64,000 bases of DNA from contig CAJINV010000022.1 in the NCBI GenBank assembly GCA_905178155.1, forward strand, positions 725,044 through 789,043, read 5' to 3'. The notes beneath the pieces were generated by a model. It had not been told where the DNA came from. It was given only the letters and a program-made list of their open reading frames with translations, and made no database searches. The stretch's first letter is position 1. Each line of letters starts with the position of its first letter. Origin of the DNA: Amoebophrya sp. A120. Taxonomy: Eukaryota; Protista; Dinoflagellata. Below, piece after piece: positions 49,601 through 63,500 of this stretch. Made by a program: the position numbers and the translations under genes.

Positions 49601-52600
49601 NNNNNNNNNNNNNNNNNNNNNNNNNNNNNNNNNNNNNNNNNNNNNNNNNNNNNNNNNNNNNNNNNNNNNNNNNNNNNNNNNNNNNNNNNNNNNNNNNNNN
49701 NNNNNNNNNNNNNNNNNNNNNNNNNNNNNNNNNNNNNNNNNNNNNNNNNNNNNNNNNNNNNNNNNNNNNNNNNNNNNNNNNNNNNNNNNNNNNNNNNNNN
49801 NNNNNNNNCCTGAGGGATGTGACCGACTTGGAGAACCAGTGGGATGAAAACCTGCAGCGGCTCCTCGATGTATGCTGCAGAAGAGCATGTCGATAGGAAA
49901 GCAGCTGCTCCCAAATTCGGCTTTGTCATGATTGTCATTGTGCAGCGCAGCCACGTCCTCGATAAATGGCGAAGTAGACCTCAGATATTTTGTCATGCCG
50001 CTACACGGCCTCGGCTTTTACACCCCCAGATCTTCCGTCGTCCCCTTCAAGACATGTTGTTGACATTTCATAGCACTGTATCGACGTGGAATCTGCTGGC
50101 GTACCGACCGCAGTGGCGGGAGCTCCTACTGCAGGTAAAGGTGATTGCGAAAGCAAATATGTTGCTTTAGATCTTCATATCAACTGCAAATTATGTTTCT
50201 GGGTCTAGTAGAAGATGGCAGTTTGTCATGCACATTTTCCATGCTTCATGATGAATGACTGTGATGCATGCCCTAGCATCACAGATTTTTGAGCGCTCTC
50301 GCTTAGTTGTCGAGGCGCTCCCCGCATGACAAGTGCCTTCTTCCCGTAGCCAAGTTTAACTCCTCTTGCTCCTCATGCAATACAAATTTTTTTTAGCATC
50401 CAAATGCAGCATCACTGTGATGCCATCACAACCAGCATTCTTCTAGCCCCAGATACATTTGCGTGTGATACTTCTTATCGACAGAAGCAATTTCTGGTAA
50501 AAGTCTTTACTGAATGCGAACTGGACGCACTAATCTTTTCTTCGTGAAGATCCCCGGCAAGATAACCCCGGATTTCTCTTGTTTACCGTGGAGAACAAAA
50601 ATCCCTTTGCAGCTCCGATAAGTGCAATGAAAATTATACAGACCACTCAAGACCGAGCGGTGTGTATTTGAAAACTAGTTTTGAACGTTGTTTCTCATAG
50701 ATCAAAATAAAGAAAATGAACAGGATGATAAGGACAAGGCAAGAAATCGATCGAGCAAGAAAAGGAACGAAATACCAAGGAAAAGCAAGCAAATTCTTGC
50801 CACGATCGACAGAAAAAGGAAAAGGAAAAGAGAAGAGAAGAAAAGCAAAGAAATTAGGTCTGATTTACGCTGAGTTCGCATTACAAACTGCCTTTTCACT
50901 ACTTTCAAGGAGCTGAGTCAAGGCTACGGGCACGATTAGAAATATGAAAAGACGCGAAATAGCATTAGAAACTGAGACAACTAGATTGGGGATATTGAAT
51001 CTGTAATGCGTATTTGTGGAATTTGGAGGAGTTTTAGATGGTGTTCAAGTAAGACTTCGGTGTGTACGCGTCTGAAAAATTAACCTCTCCATTTCGAAAC
51101 TAGATCCTACAGCGGCGATGAACGCGTCTTGACCATAGAGTCGCTCCAGGCCTTACAGGACCACTATCAAATGCAAAAATGTCTGGGTCTGGAACATTCT
51201 AAACTTGTGATGCTGTCTCTGGATTCTAAAAAAAATTGTATTGCATGATCAGCAAGAGGACTCCATGTTGTGCTACGCGGAGAGGGCATTTCTCATGCGG
51301 TAGAGGTATCACAAGGCCCTCTAAAAATCTGTGATGCTACGGCATGCATCACAGACATGATGGCTCATGGAAAATATGCATGACAAATCTCGAAATCTTC
51401 CAGACCCAGACATTTTTGCATTTGATAACCACGTGCAGTCGACCATGCGCCAAGTTAACGCGGACATGGTGTTCAAAGGTGAGTGCTACATCATCGCCTT
51501 CGGTTTACATTTTTTGTAGGTCGTGATGATGTAATGATCGAAGCGTATGTGTGACGAGAAGAATATGATTTATCAATATGATTGGATTTGTTTTATTGGT
51601 GGATTGAAATGATATAGAAAACCACACTTATTTTCCTCTCAGGCGACGCGGTCCTGTATTTGTTATGCAAGGCAAATTGCATGAGCGGCAAGAGAATTTT
51701 ATTTTTTGCTACGTGGGGTGGGCATTTCTCATGCTGGATAAGCATAAAGACGCCGTCAGAAAAGCTGTGATGCTGCGGCGTCTTATATCGCAGACATCAT
51801 CGGTCATGCTTGATGTGGATGCATGACAAAACACCCAGACCCAGACATAATTGCAACGCATGAACTTTGATGCTGACACATCATTTGCTGTGGATGCAAT
51901 TCCTTGCACGACGAGCTTGCACTCGTAAAGGGCGAGCTGCACTACCTCGGGGAGGCCAAGAAGATATGGGAAGAGCTCTCGTATCAAAAGGAAAAGTCCC
52001 CTCTCCCCATGTCAAAACGGAAATCTGTTATGCGGGATTTGTGTAAACAAATCAAATCTGTCATGCAGTAGAGGACTGCACGCACTTCGCAAGCCTAGGC
52101 ACGGGCCGCTTGGTGTAGGCGTCTAGCATGGTAAACGTCTGCAATGTAGGCCTCACAGCGTCACAAATCACCTGTGTATTAACGCGGCGGATTCTCTGCA
52201 TTTGCCTTCCTGCAAGACAGACAGGATTTGTGGTGACAAATCTGCAAAGCAAATTCTCAGAAGGATGCGCTTTCAACATGGGGAGGGGGGATTTTTCGTT
52301 GCGATATCTTGCAGCGGAAGGTCAGACGGCTATCGTGCGCAAAGTCGTCCCTATCAACAGGAGGTCGCACATTGAACAGTGATTCTGCTGTCAAAACCGC
52401 TTCGGTGCTACAACCGTTGATAAGGAAGGTGAATTTTACACAGGATAACGCAATAGTCGCGATTTAGACAAGGAGGTGGAGGACACCGATCCCGCGACGA
52501 CGGCTGAGGCCGCCATATCAAGACGGATCAAGGAACTGGAAGTCGAAAGAGACGTACTCGCGGTATCACCTGCTGGAGGGCTGTCATGGTCACAAGTTTT

Positions 52601-53393
52601 TGGTCAACGAAGAGTATGTACAGAAAGACTGTGCGACCAGCACTTAGCAAGTGCATCATGCAGAATTACAATTTGAATCGTAGGACCGATAAGAAAAAGA
52701 GAAAAAAATGACATGAGCAAGCCGTTTTTTTATGTTATACGCGGAGACGTTGGCGAAATACTTCGTCCTGCGCACGGCGAAGCCCGGCCGACCACCGCAG
52801 CCGAGTGGGAGCAAGGCGTCGACGCACGCTATCGCATGTTGATCGGACTGAATTCAAAGGCAGACGCGGCGTCTCCACTCAGTGCGAACGAGCAGGCTTT
52901 GCGCAAGAAGTAGACCGCTGCCGCGGATTTTTCTCGTGGGCGCGTGATTGCGTCACAAGTCAAGAATTTAAGTATAGCGCAGGAGGTTCCTGCAGCTTTT
53001 CACGCGACTCGTCTATTGCTGCAGTGCGTAGACGCCGTTGCCTTTGAACTCAAATAGTTTTTCGTCCCATACGCCCATCCTCCCCAGAGGACGCGCCGTC
53101 TTCGCCGGAGCTAGTGGCGTACCAAAAAGAAAAGCCCTCCCTTGAGAACTCAAAGCGAGCGCGTTGCTGCTTTCCTGTTTAGCAAACAGGAAACAAGCTG
53201 CTCCCTCACAGCGTGCATCTCGTCTTCCGCCTGCTACTTCGCCCTGGAGCAGGACAAAAAGCAGCTACGTCCACTTTCAGAACGCGGAAAGCAAGGGATG
53301 GAGGTTTTTCTTTCTGATATGATCGAAAATGAGGACACGATTTTTGGACTAAGCAAGATTTATGAGCAAAAAAAAGCGTCGCGCCACAGTTGA
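46628..53393 (+). CDS. Probable multi-exon hypothetical protein spanning the gap and duplication
   Basis: Exon-like helical segments (..RVRDEYTQLRNYMQQIR..; LTIESLQALQDH|VQSTMRQVNADMVFK; DELALVKGELHYLGEAKKIWEELS; AAISRRIKELEVERDVLA); connectivity not established. Confidence 0.35.
47428..47720. mobile_element. Introner family A (duplicate at 50178-50470)
   Basis: TIR pair; DR CTTCA/CTTCT. Confidence 0.83.
48415..48677. mobile_element. Introner family A (duplicate at 51165-51427)
   Basis: Perfect TIR; exact DR ACCAC. Confidence 0.95.
49059..49808. other. Assembly gap, 750 N
   Basis: Run of N. Confidence 1.
49809..51808 (+). repeat. Exact 2000-bp duplication, copy 2
   Basis: Matches 47059-49058. 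Confidence 0.95.
51982..52306. mobile_element. Introner family B
   Basis: TIR pair; DR TCTCG/TCTTG. Confidence 0.87.
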
Positions 53394-53698
53394 ATAAATG
53401 TGGCCTTTTGTTGCCTTGCAGCATGTCTGTCTCCTAGCATGACAAAAACATGAATCCTGTATTTCTGACACAGTACATTTGAGACGCAGAAAAGTTGCAG
53501 TGGCACGGCGCTTCTGCTCTCGAATAACCAAAAGGACTACATTACCACCGACTCGCTGGCACACGGTAAGCCTCTATCACTCTGAATGCGTATGATGTTA
53601 GTACTCAGTAACAACAGAATGTGTTCATTTATACTTTTCTGATAAGGTACTCATGCTATTCTTGTGGTACTTTTTTTAAATTGTTCACACTGCAGCGG

Positions 53699-53951
53699 TA
53701 TGCGTTGCAAATATGTCTGGGTCTGGAAAGATGGAGCGGGTAATGCACGTTCGACACTTTTCTGAAATCTGTATTGCATGACACGCGAAAGCCTCAGCCT
53801 CGTTTGTCGTGCAGAAACGCAGTTTCTGATGCGGGCTGCGTATGAAAGAGCATTTTGGAAACTTGTCATGTGCTTTGCTGCATGCGGGAGTGCTTCCATC
53901 ATCTACAGTCCAGCATCACAAGTTTCCAGACCTACATATTTGCACTGGATA
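53699..53951. mobile_element. Introner family A
   Basis: TIR pair; DR diverged. Confidence 0.8.
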
Positions 53952-54272
53952 AGAACGAATGAAGCTCCTGCGGTTATGACGCCGAAACGCAACCGCCCAC
54001 TATCCTAATTAAGTACGTGCGCGCCAGCGCGGAATTCTTTTTGTAAATACGACAGGGCGGCCCGTAATTTGGGCTGCTACAATGTAAACGTAGCAATGGG
54101 ATGAGATGATGCTGCACTTGCATTGAAGAAATTTAAATGCGGCAGAAAGTTTGATTTGCATTGCAACTATTGCGCTGGAGGGCCATATGGATCACATTTT
54201 TGTTGCAGCGCTCCCTTTTGAAGTTTTCAGGGCGTTCAGCATAGAGTGGATGAGGTTTTCGGCGTGATACGT

Positions 54273-54431
54273 TATGCTGTGCAAAAGTATCGTACCCGTA
54301 CTGGTTGCAAAACTGCATGACAGGTCTCGCTTTTTTAGGTAACATAGCACGATTTTGTCTAGTTTTGGAAAAAAGGAGGCATGCGATCGGGACTGTGTAC
54401 GAGTACGTGTACGACGCTTTTGCAGTGCATA
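54273..54431. mobile_element. Short introner, family K
   Basis: TATGCTGTGCAAAAGTATCGTA ... TACGACGCTTTTGCAGTGCATA; related to 61472-61620. Confidence 0.8.
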
Positions 54432-54513
54432 GACATGGACAGGATGCGACTCCTTCAAGGGGAGTTGAATAGCGCCGACACTAGGTACCGAGACCTAGAA
54501 ACCGCGCACGCCG

Positions 54514-54765
54514 TATCAGCTGCAAATATGTAATCTGGATCTGGAATGATACCACCGTGTAAATCTTGTTTCGTATGATCACTGTATATTCTGTGATGCA
54601 TACTTTTTGCGCACGAGACATGCCCGCTTGTGTTCTTGCCAAAAAAAGCAATTTCCCATGCGGAGAATGCAACACAGGATTCTATGAAAAAAGCCCCTTG
54701 CTCTGCTGCGTGCTGCACGATTTAGCATGACAACTTTCCAGACCCAAACATGTTTGCAATGGATA
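54514..54765. mobile_element. Introner family A
   Basis: TIR pair. Confidence 0.78.
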
Positions 54766-55316
54766 CGTAAGTGAGAAGGCGGACATGAAAAGGAGGTTCG
54801 ACGAGGAAAGGCAGGAGTTGCAACAAAAAATAGAACTATTCCACCGAAAAAATGTACCCGCACCGGGAAAAAAATATTTATTGTATTGCGGATTTCCCTC
54901 CTGTTTGCTCTGCTGCTCAGTATCAGAGAGTTACTCGCCACATCTCAGATCGCTTCACCGCAGTACACGCTGCGTGCCTCGTGGACACTACCAACATTTG
55001 ACCACGTGGCTTAGCGTTCTTGTGGACCCTCTGAACACGACCGGAATGATAGGTTGAGTACGTCTGGATGATGGTGATGATGATGATAGTTGGTGATATC
55101 ACAAAGTGAAAGTAACTGCCTCAGCTGCGGTCTCCGCATGAAAGAGTGGTCACGACGAGCAGGGACACCAATTTACTCGCAACACAAATTCACCTTGTTT
55201 ACGGTGCGGGTGTACTTTTCTGTGGGATACCATGGACTCAACTCGATGAACGAGCTGCTGGCTGAACAGCTGCGGAGCACGGGTTCCGGGAACTCGATGC
55301 ACTCGGGCGTGTTCGA

Positions 55317-55608
55317 TATCACTATGTAAAAACGTCGTAACCCCAGAGTTGTCATGCAGATTTGTAGTTACAGGGAGATTTGTGATGCGCACCCCCATGA
55401 GAGGAATGTGTATATTATCCAAACGTGTTTTGGAATATGTAATGCTGTAAGCAGGAGAAGAAGATGGATTTGTGATGCTGCTGTGCATGTATTTGCTAAA
55501 AAATGCAATACAGAACGGAACTCGTCATGCGTGGCTCCCAAAACTTCTGGGTTTGTGTTGCAGAGTTCCCAACTTGACTTAGGGGTAGGTTCGTTTTTGC
55601 GCAGAATA
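55317..55608. mobile_element. Introner family G
   Basis: Exact DR TTCGA; AAAAACG/CGTTTTT inverted arms. Confidence 0.82.
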
Positions 55609-56070
55609 TTCGACGAGATCTGTTCATCTTCCTCCCCGAGTACTTTATGTTTTCTTTATAGTTTGTTACGATGTAGTGAAGTTCGATGCCACTCTACCTG
55701 TAGTTTGTGCAACATTTTTTCCTTAACAAAACAGTTTTCCAAAATCTTTTCCTTTAACAAAACAGTTTTTCACTCTATATGCAGGAAGATACCCAGTTCC
55801 ACGCCGCCCTCAACCTCGAAGGATTCAGGTTGTATGTTCAGCAGGATGATACGTACACAAATGAAGAAATGAATATTGATTCTGATACGTCCGAGTTCCC
55901 CAATTGTTTGCTTATAGTATTTTTAACCAACGCGGTAGGCAGAAGCATACCCCGTCTCTTGCTTCTAGGATACAGTCAATCTGAATTCTGCTGCATGAGG
56001 GTCGTGGAAGTTTCTCTGATTCATAACGGCCACCGCCCGGGCCAAGTCCCACGGTGGACACCGTCAGCGA

Positions 56071-56332
56071 TATCAAATGCAAAAGTGTCTGGGTCTGGGA
56101 GGATTCGAATTTGTGATGCGAAATCTATGTCATGAGAAAATGTGTCATGCATGGCTAGCAAAAGGCCGCGCCTCTTGTTTCCGAGAGAGGGGATTTGTCA
56201 TGCGGATTAGGCATTTGGATACCTGCTCAAAATCTGTGGTGCTAGAGCTTGCATGCCAGACGATCTGGCTCATGCAAAAACTGCATGACAGATCTCGCAT
56301 TCTTCCAGACCCAGACATATTTGCATTTGATA
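56071..56332. mobile_element. Introner family A
   Basis: TIR pair; exact DR AGCGA. Confidence 0.94.
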
Positions 56333-58469
56333 AGCGAAGCGGACAAAGAACAAGAAGCGGACGGTCCAGTTCCGATGGGTCCGATGCGAATCAACGTATG
56401 AAAGTGAATACCCTTTTTCCCCATCCCGTCTAGTCGTTCGTGTTTGCATCCTAGCAAGCTAATCTTCTGCTCCCAGTAGAAGTAGTGTAAAATTTGCATT
56501 GCTGAAAAAGAGAAAGGGTGGTTTTTTCATCGTCATTATTTGCAGCGCCACCGCCAGAACCCATGAACATGCAAGGCGTGCCTGCTGCGTCACCAATCCG
56601 GAACAAGGAACCGCCCAAGAACTTATCGATGCGAAACCCTTCCTGCTCAACCATCCCCCGAGAGGTGTTCGTGTATGTGTTTTTTCCGTGCAGCCAGCTA
56701 ATCATTTTGCATGCCTCTAGATTTTAGCTTTACCTAAGCAGAGCCAGAAGGAGGCCCAAAATATGTTCTGTTTCTAATCTATCGCGTGCTTCACCATAAT
56801 TTCTCCCTTGTGGCACCTGGAAGGTTTTTGCATCGGTATTCTGTGACCATCAAAACGAAGTTATCAAAATGAAAATCCTCCGTATTCGAACGATGATTTT
56901 GTTCAGAATGCATCTGAGAAAGAGATGATGACCAACAGCCCAATTGTCCTGCATGTTCTGCTCTCTTGAAGTGGAATGCGGTGGTTTTGATTTTGATATG
57001 CCAGCCACGAAGAACACCAACGCTGCAAATATCAAGTGAAAATAGGTCTGGGTCTGGACGGAGACGAGAGTGAGATTTCTCATGCATCTTTTGCGTGACC
57101 AAGAACGACAGGTATACGGGCCAGAGTATCACAGCTGTTGTAAAGCATCACGATCTCCACTCACATTCCGGTCATATACGCATGACAAATTTGAACATCT
57201 TCTATGGCCGAAAAAAAAATACGCAACTTTTATTTTTGCGGCCCTGGCATGACAGATTTTTTTGCGAATTACATCGCGCATGACAAATTTCCAGTTTCGT
57301 GCCCCCCCAGGCGCAGGCGTATTTGCAGTTCATAGCAGTAAGGAGTTAATAACCAAATTCTGTAGTTCTGCAAAACGAAAATATTTTTTTTTGTTCGACA
57401 AATTTACAACCTACATTGCAAGATAAGAAGAAATAGCATCACGAGATTTAGACTTTTACAAGGTGTGATTGAAAATAGGTAGATTTTGCCGACAGAACTC
57501 GAGCTCTACAGCTTGACCATCGTTAGCTTATCGAAATTGCATGATGAACAATTAAAGCATATGAACAGAAATCAAAGTAGAAAAAGAAAATCGCCGATGC
57601 AAGCAATATCAATACTGCATCTCCATCAAAAATTTTGCCTCAAGTAGAAGTAGACACGACGAAGACTGCGCTGAGTATAAATTGTTCAAGTAGAATTTGG
57701 CTGTGACAGCTCGGAATGTTCTTTGCGCGGAGCAACAATAATGTCCCAGTATTTTGGACTACTCGCCTGTGCCTGCGTGTTCAAGCTCTTGACAGAGAAA
57801 CTCTTCGCTGTCCTGGCTCTTTTGCGATCGCAGCGTTTGTGCATTGAATGGATCCTCGAAGCACCTTTTTTTTTTTCTGCTATTAGTATTATCGATGTAT
57901 CTATGTTCTGGTGCGCAAAATAACACTATACTCTCAATTCGCTTTTTCACAACCAGTGACAATGTAGCCTTCGGTCAAATGCGTTTAGGCGTCCATAATG
58001 AGAAAATGCGTCTTCCTCGAGTTCTTTGTTGGTCTCTCACTCTGTAGTATGAGTGCACTGAAGGACCACCTGCCAGCAACCTATTGAGGCCTCACAGGAA
58101 AACGATTTTTGTTGCCGGAGCTCTTGTGCGAAAGTCGCAAGAAGTGGCACTGCCGTCTCCTTCTTCGGCCTGATTGGGACTCGAGCTGTGGCAGGCGGGA
58201 AACAAAGGATTCAAGATAATGGGCGCGTACTAGTCCTACTCCTAGCACTTCTTCGACGCGGTTGGAACTACATCCGGGCAGCTGCGCTTGATTCATTCTG
58301 CGCTGGTGGAGCGCCGCTCAAAACAACGAGGAAACGCGGCAGAGCAGAAGCGGCACTGGCTACAGGTACCATGCGGAATTAGAGGAGCCCGGCCTGTCCA
58401 GCACCCTCGGCAGCGTGATCCAGAGTTTTCCTGATTTGGGCGGGAACCTCCACTTTGTGCCACTGCCGG

Positions 58470-58701
58470 TATCAAGTACAAATATGTCTGGGTGGTGTGG
58501 AAGACTGCAAGATTTGTCATGCACCTTGCGGACCACACACATGATCTCGAATGCACGCAAAAGCCCCAGGAGAAGTCTGCCTTTGCCCTAGCAAGGATTG
58601 AGGAACTTTTTGCGGTCATGCAACGCAGATTTTTTTGCGTTTGAGATTTTGCATGACGAGTTATATCCTTCCAGACCCAGATGGCATATTTGCAAAGCAT
58701 A
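58470..58701. mobile_element. Introner family A
   Basis: TIR pair; DR GCCGG/GCTGG. Confidence 0.85.
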
Positions 58702-58760
58702 GCTGGGGTGGGCTGACGATGTCGGCAGCAACAGGGAGGCGACGAAAAACTGCAGAGTCG

Positions 58761-59031
58761 TATGCATTCCAAATATTTCTGGGTCTGGAAGGATGCAACT
58801 TGTGATGCTGTATCTCGATTCCATCAAAATCGGTATTGCATGACCAGCAAGAGGAGCTCCGTTTGTGCTGCGCGGAGAGGGCATTTCTCATGCGGAATAG
58901 GCGACATAAATAGGCCCTCTAAAAACCTGTGATGCTAGGCCATGCATTACGGGTACCAAGGGCCAGGGTCAAGCAAAATATGCATGACAAACCTGGCAAT
59001 CCTCCAGGCCTAGGCATATTTGCACCCGATA
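58761..59031. mobile_element. Introner family A
   Basis: TIR pair; DR AGTCG/GGTCG. Confidence 0.85.
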
Positions 59032-60585
59032 GGTCGCTTCTAAGGACGACTCCTAGCCGGCCTCTACGAGCGATGGCGAAGCGACTCGTGGTTCGGCAAA
59101 AGCAAAGTCCTTATTGGAGCAACCTATCCATAGTTGCGCTCCAGCTGTTGGAGCACCATGGAAGCCGTCCATGAAGATGACGGTGCGGAGATTCAAAGAG
59201 CACCTGTTGCGCTGGAGATTGACTTGGGCGCCGCTTTTTGGGATGCAGAAAAGCGTCTGTTGCAACGTGTTTGTTCGTGATGTAATGGAAAAGAATAAAA
59301 CTAGAACAACTACCTACGACGTGCTTGGTTCTTTCTATTCACGACCTAATTTTTTTACTGTTTCATTGCATTCGTGTTTAATTGCGAACGTGTCTGGGAG
59401 TTTATTTACAGCCTATTGCTGTTGCTGTTCCATTGCATTCGTGTTTTTTCCTGTATGCTTTCGTTAGTAGAATCGTGCTGGGTTCTACGGCGGCACTCTG
59501 TTGATTTTGCGATGTTTGCTGTATCAAATTCGTTTTATCATTCACGACGCTACTGCACGTTTTTTACACGATGATGCCAGCACCTTTCTACAAAGTAAAC
59601 ACGGTCTTACGCTAGAAAAATGCAAAAATCACCAAAAAATCACTGTGTTCGAATAATCGTCTTTGTGCCGGTATGTTTTCTTTGTCGAAATCGACTGCCA
59701 AGGATCCATCCCACGAATTCTTTCCTGCATGCTATGATGGCAAAATTGGTGCGCAGTATTTGCTTTGTTGTTAACTCGTCAAACCGTTAGAAACCGCTGG
59801 TGCGTAGCAGCCAAAATCTACTGAAGAAATCACATGTGTAGCTGTGGAAAAAGTTTGAATGCAAGAGGACAACGCCTTCCTCCTTTCCATACCTATTCCA
59901 AGGGGAGGCAATTTGAGAAGTCCGGAGAGGCAATTTGAGAAGTCCGACTCGTCTAGTTAAGGAGAATTAGCACCCTGTGTTCGAAAATAACAGAAAGCCA
60001 CTTGTGCTGTGCCTGTGTAAACGGAAGACAATTTAGAAATCACCAGTCTGAAACGCAGCGCTGAAGATGAAAACAACAAAAAAGATGATGTGGGAAGCTT
60101 CGTGTGCGTTGCGTACCTGCTTTATACTGGCCTCCTTGGAGAGAATAGAGCGCGGATGCTTATCACCGGTATCTCGCGGTCATTCTCTCAGCTGCAGTTC
60201 TACAGAAACGATATCAATGGAGCACATTAGAAATTTGCGCTCGCCATTTTTTATGCAGCTCGGTTTGAAAAGCTACTCTTTTAAAAACAATCTTCGCTTT
60301 TGCTTTTACGAGCGCGCATTGAATATTCCGGAGTAGAATACTCGATCGCTAGCCTGCAGGCGGGCTGCGATTCATGACGGCGGCAGGCGGCACAAACTGT
60401 GAAGGCTTATTGTCAGCGTGCCGCTGTTATTGTCGCAGGAGTTTTGCATACCCAAAATCACTAAACATGCCACCAACCACTCTAGCCCACCGTAGTGCCT
60501 TGTTACTCGTTGTAGTCGGAGCAAAAAACTGCAAAGTCGTAGGTTCAATGTCAAATTCAGTTTTTGTTTGAAAACAAAAGAAAAA

Positions 60586-63500
60586 ATGGCGGATGACCTT
60601 GCAGACCTGCTGGACACCTTTGAAGACGACGGGGAGGAGGAAGACTACGTGCCACCCGTATCAGAGCGGAATTTTGGGTCATCGCGAGGTGGATTTGTCA
60701 TGCGTTTTTCAATATATGAAATGACCAGATTGTGATTGCGCATTTTTGCCGAAGGGGCATGACAAAGTCCATTCTGTGGCTCAGAATTCTCTGTTCCATA
60801 ACCGCCGGACGAACCCCCGGATGAAGTTCCACCACTTGCAGCTGGACGAACCAGTATCTTCGAAGGAGACAGTGCACTTGTTCCCGGACAGAAAGAACAA
60901 GCTTCTATGCCAGAAGTAGATCTGCATCACAGATCGAACCAACTCGGCCCTCCGAGTCAACATGTGGCCGCTCTGGCACCTGCGGATCCGGATCCAGCCG
61001 CCCACTACAAGCCACCACAGTTACAACCTGATCATACCGCTGTTCTTTCACCAGGGCAGAAGGACGAAATTCCCCTGCCACCTCCCCCTGGCCAGCCCTC
61101 GCCGCCAGATGAGCGACCTGATGAGGAAGAAATTCTACATGGGGACTCAACGCAAGCAGCTGTGGGAAGTGGTGGATCATCCGCTGGAAGAACCACGGCA
61201 GATGAACAAACGGCTCCAGCACCACAAGTCCCGAACTTCTCGGACAGCACACTGCGTACAACGGAAACACCTACAACTGGAGGAATTTTTCCCATTGCGG
61301 CAACCGAAGGCGCGCAGAGCGCGATATCCGCTGCGGCTGTGACAGCAGGACAGGTCGCGACTACGGCGGTTGCGAAAAGCGATGGAGTGCAGGAGCCCGT
61401 GGCGGGAACAACAACGGGCAGCAGTACTACTACTGCAGCTGCTGCGACAAGCATTGCTGCGGGTCCCGCAGTATGAATTGCAAAAGTATCGTATTCGTAT
61501 AAATGCATGACAAATTTTCTCAGCATGAGATGAAATGAAATTTGTAATGCTGATTTACCTTAAGAAAAAGATTTGTATATGCATGATTGCAATACGCGCA
61601 CGATCCTTTTGCACAGGATACGCAGCGATGGGTGCCAGTTCCTCCTCGTCGAGCTCCAGCTCGACGGGTAATGACCCAGCAGGGAGCAATTCTACGACGG
61701 CTTCGTCCGCCACGAATGGCACTATGAACAACAAAAAATCCTACGCCTGGGAGACCCGGAATCAGTTCAACAAATTGAAGAACCGCGACAACCTGTCGTC
61801 CCAACTCTGCCGGATCCGGGAAAAGCAGGCGCAGAAACGACAGGAGGAAGCGCAGAATCGGGTGCGGCAGTTTGATATCAAGTGCGGAAGTGTCTGGGTC
61901 TGGAAGATTCCGGGACGTGTGATGCATATTTTCTATGATCCGTCACGCATGTAATGCATGATCTAGCATCACAGATTTTTAGAGGCCTTTCTGATGCCTA
62001 TTCCGCATGAGACACGCCCTCTCCGCGTAACACAAACTGGACTCGTGATGCTGGTCACGCAATACAGATTTTTTTGGAATCCAAAGACAGCATGACAGGT
62101 TGCAATCTTCCAGACCCAGACATTTTTGCAATCCATATTCGAGAAAAATTCGGGGTTTCACCTAACAGACAGGTGTTTGTCGCAAGACAAGTTTGACGCC
62201 TGCATGCGGAACAAGGTCAAGGTATACCAAGGAGTAGGTGTTGAATATTTTGCGGGTTTTTTGTGATGAAATTCATCTTGTTCACGCATGGCAAACTGGT
62301 AAAAGCGTACTACAGGATGTGACTCTGCATGACATCAAATTTTTGCCAAACAATTTTCCCTACTTTATCCAGGTCGAACTCCGCGACATAAAACGTCTCG
62401 TGACAAGCGGCACAGCCCAAAACGCAGAGTTTAAAGACAAGGACGTTGTGCTCATTGCGATCGGCATCGGGTATTTGCCATCTGTCACCTGTGGCAATAA
62501 CATGGTCTGTTCCGAGTGGAAAATTTGCGATCTGCCAACACCCGCACACCCGCAGGCGTTCGTGTGCACGCTGAGGTTGCACGACCAGGCGTATATCGGT
62601 ATTATACAGTTCTGCATGACAAATTGCTGCGTTTGAGGTACTAACTTGGGGTTCTGCATGACAAACTATGTTGCGTCTCCTGCGTCCGAAACTGCTTGCG
62701 GCGACGGTGCAAAGGTTTTTGATGTGGTGCAGTCGGGTATGCATGACAAACTATGTTGCCCTTCCAGTTTCCGCATGACAAAAAGATCTTTCTAATGCAA
62801 TTCTCGCAACTCAAACTCCAGGTTGGACGTCTAACCGCGAAGCTTCCGCGGAGCTGAAGAAAGGATATGCAATGCAAAAGGAAGCAGGGCGGTACTACGT
62901 GGAAATTGCATGACAAGATTTCTGAGCACGAAAATCCAATTTGTGATGCTGAGTAGCGTACAAGGTTATGGATCTGTCATGCCAAATTGCAATTTATCAC
63001 GAGAAGTGCGATCCTATCTGCAGTGGATAAGCGATCCGTGTTCGCGATTTTGAACCCAGTCGTCACCTGCCAGCAATCCTCGCACCGCTACTTTACTCTG
63101 AGGAAAAATCCCCCTTCTCTCTATTGAAAAGGAAATTTGTGATGCTGATTTGTGACCACCAATCAGCTTTGTCTTGCGTAAAAGGCAAACGGCACCCATG
63201 TGGCGCATGGAGCAGCGAGTCTGTCATGCGTTTTCGCCTATGTCAGACTTGTTTTTCATGCTCAGCTGCTAGCCGGACGATGCGTACCCAAATGGGGTTA
63301 GAATATGCCGACAAGCTCCTGCTGCAATACAAAGCTCATTCGTGTACACAAATCCAGCATCACAAATTGTCTTTTGAATATAGGGTGGGAGCTTTTTTCA
63401 CTTTGATATACTTCGTGCGGGTTCGACACGCGGCGCAAGTGGTTAAACTGGGGGAATGCGAGGACGTGGGCTACTGTAGTGCGAAGGTATCAAATGCAAA

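Noticed and set aside
48915-49996. ORFs of about 300 aa
   Set aside because: They run through the N gap.
54000-59300. Probable introner-split gene, possibly on the minus strand
   Set aside because: Strand and exon chain could not be fixed with confidence.
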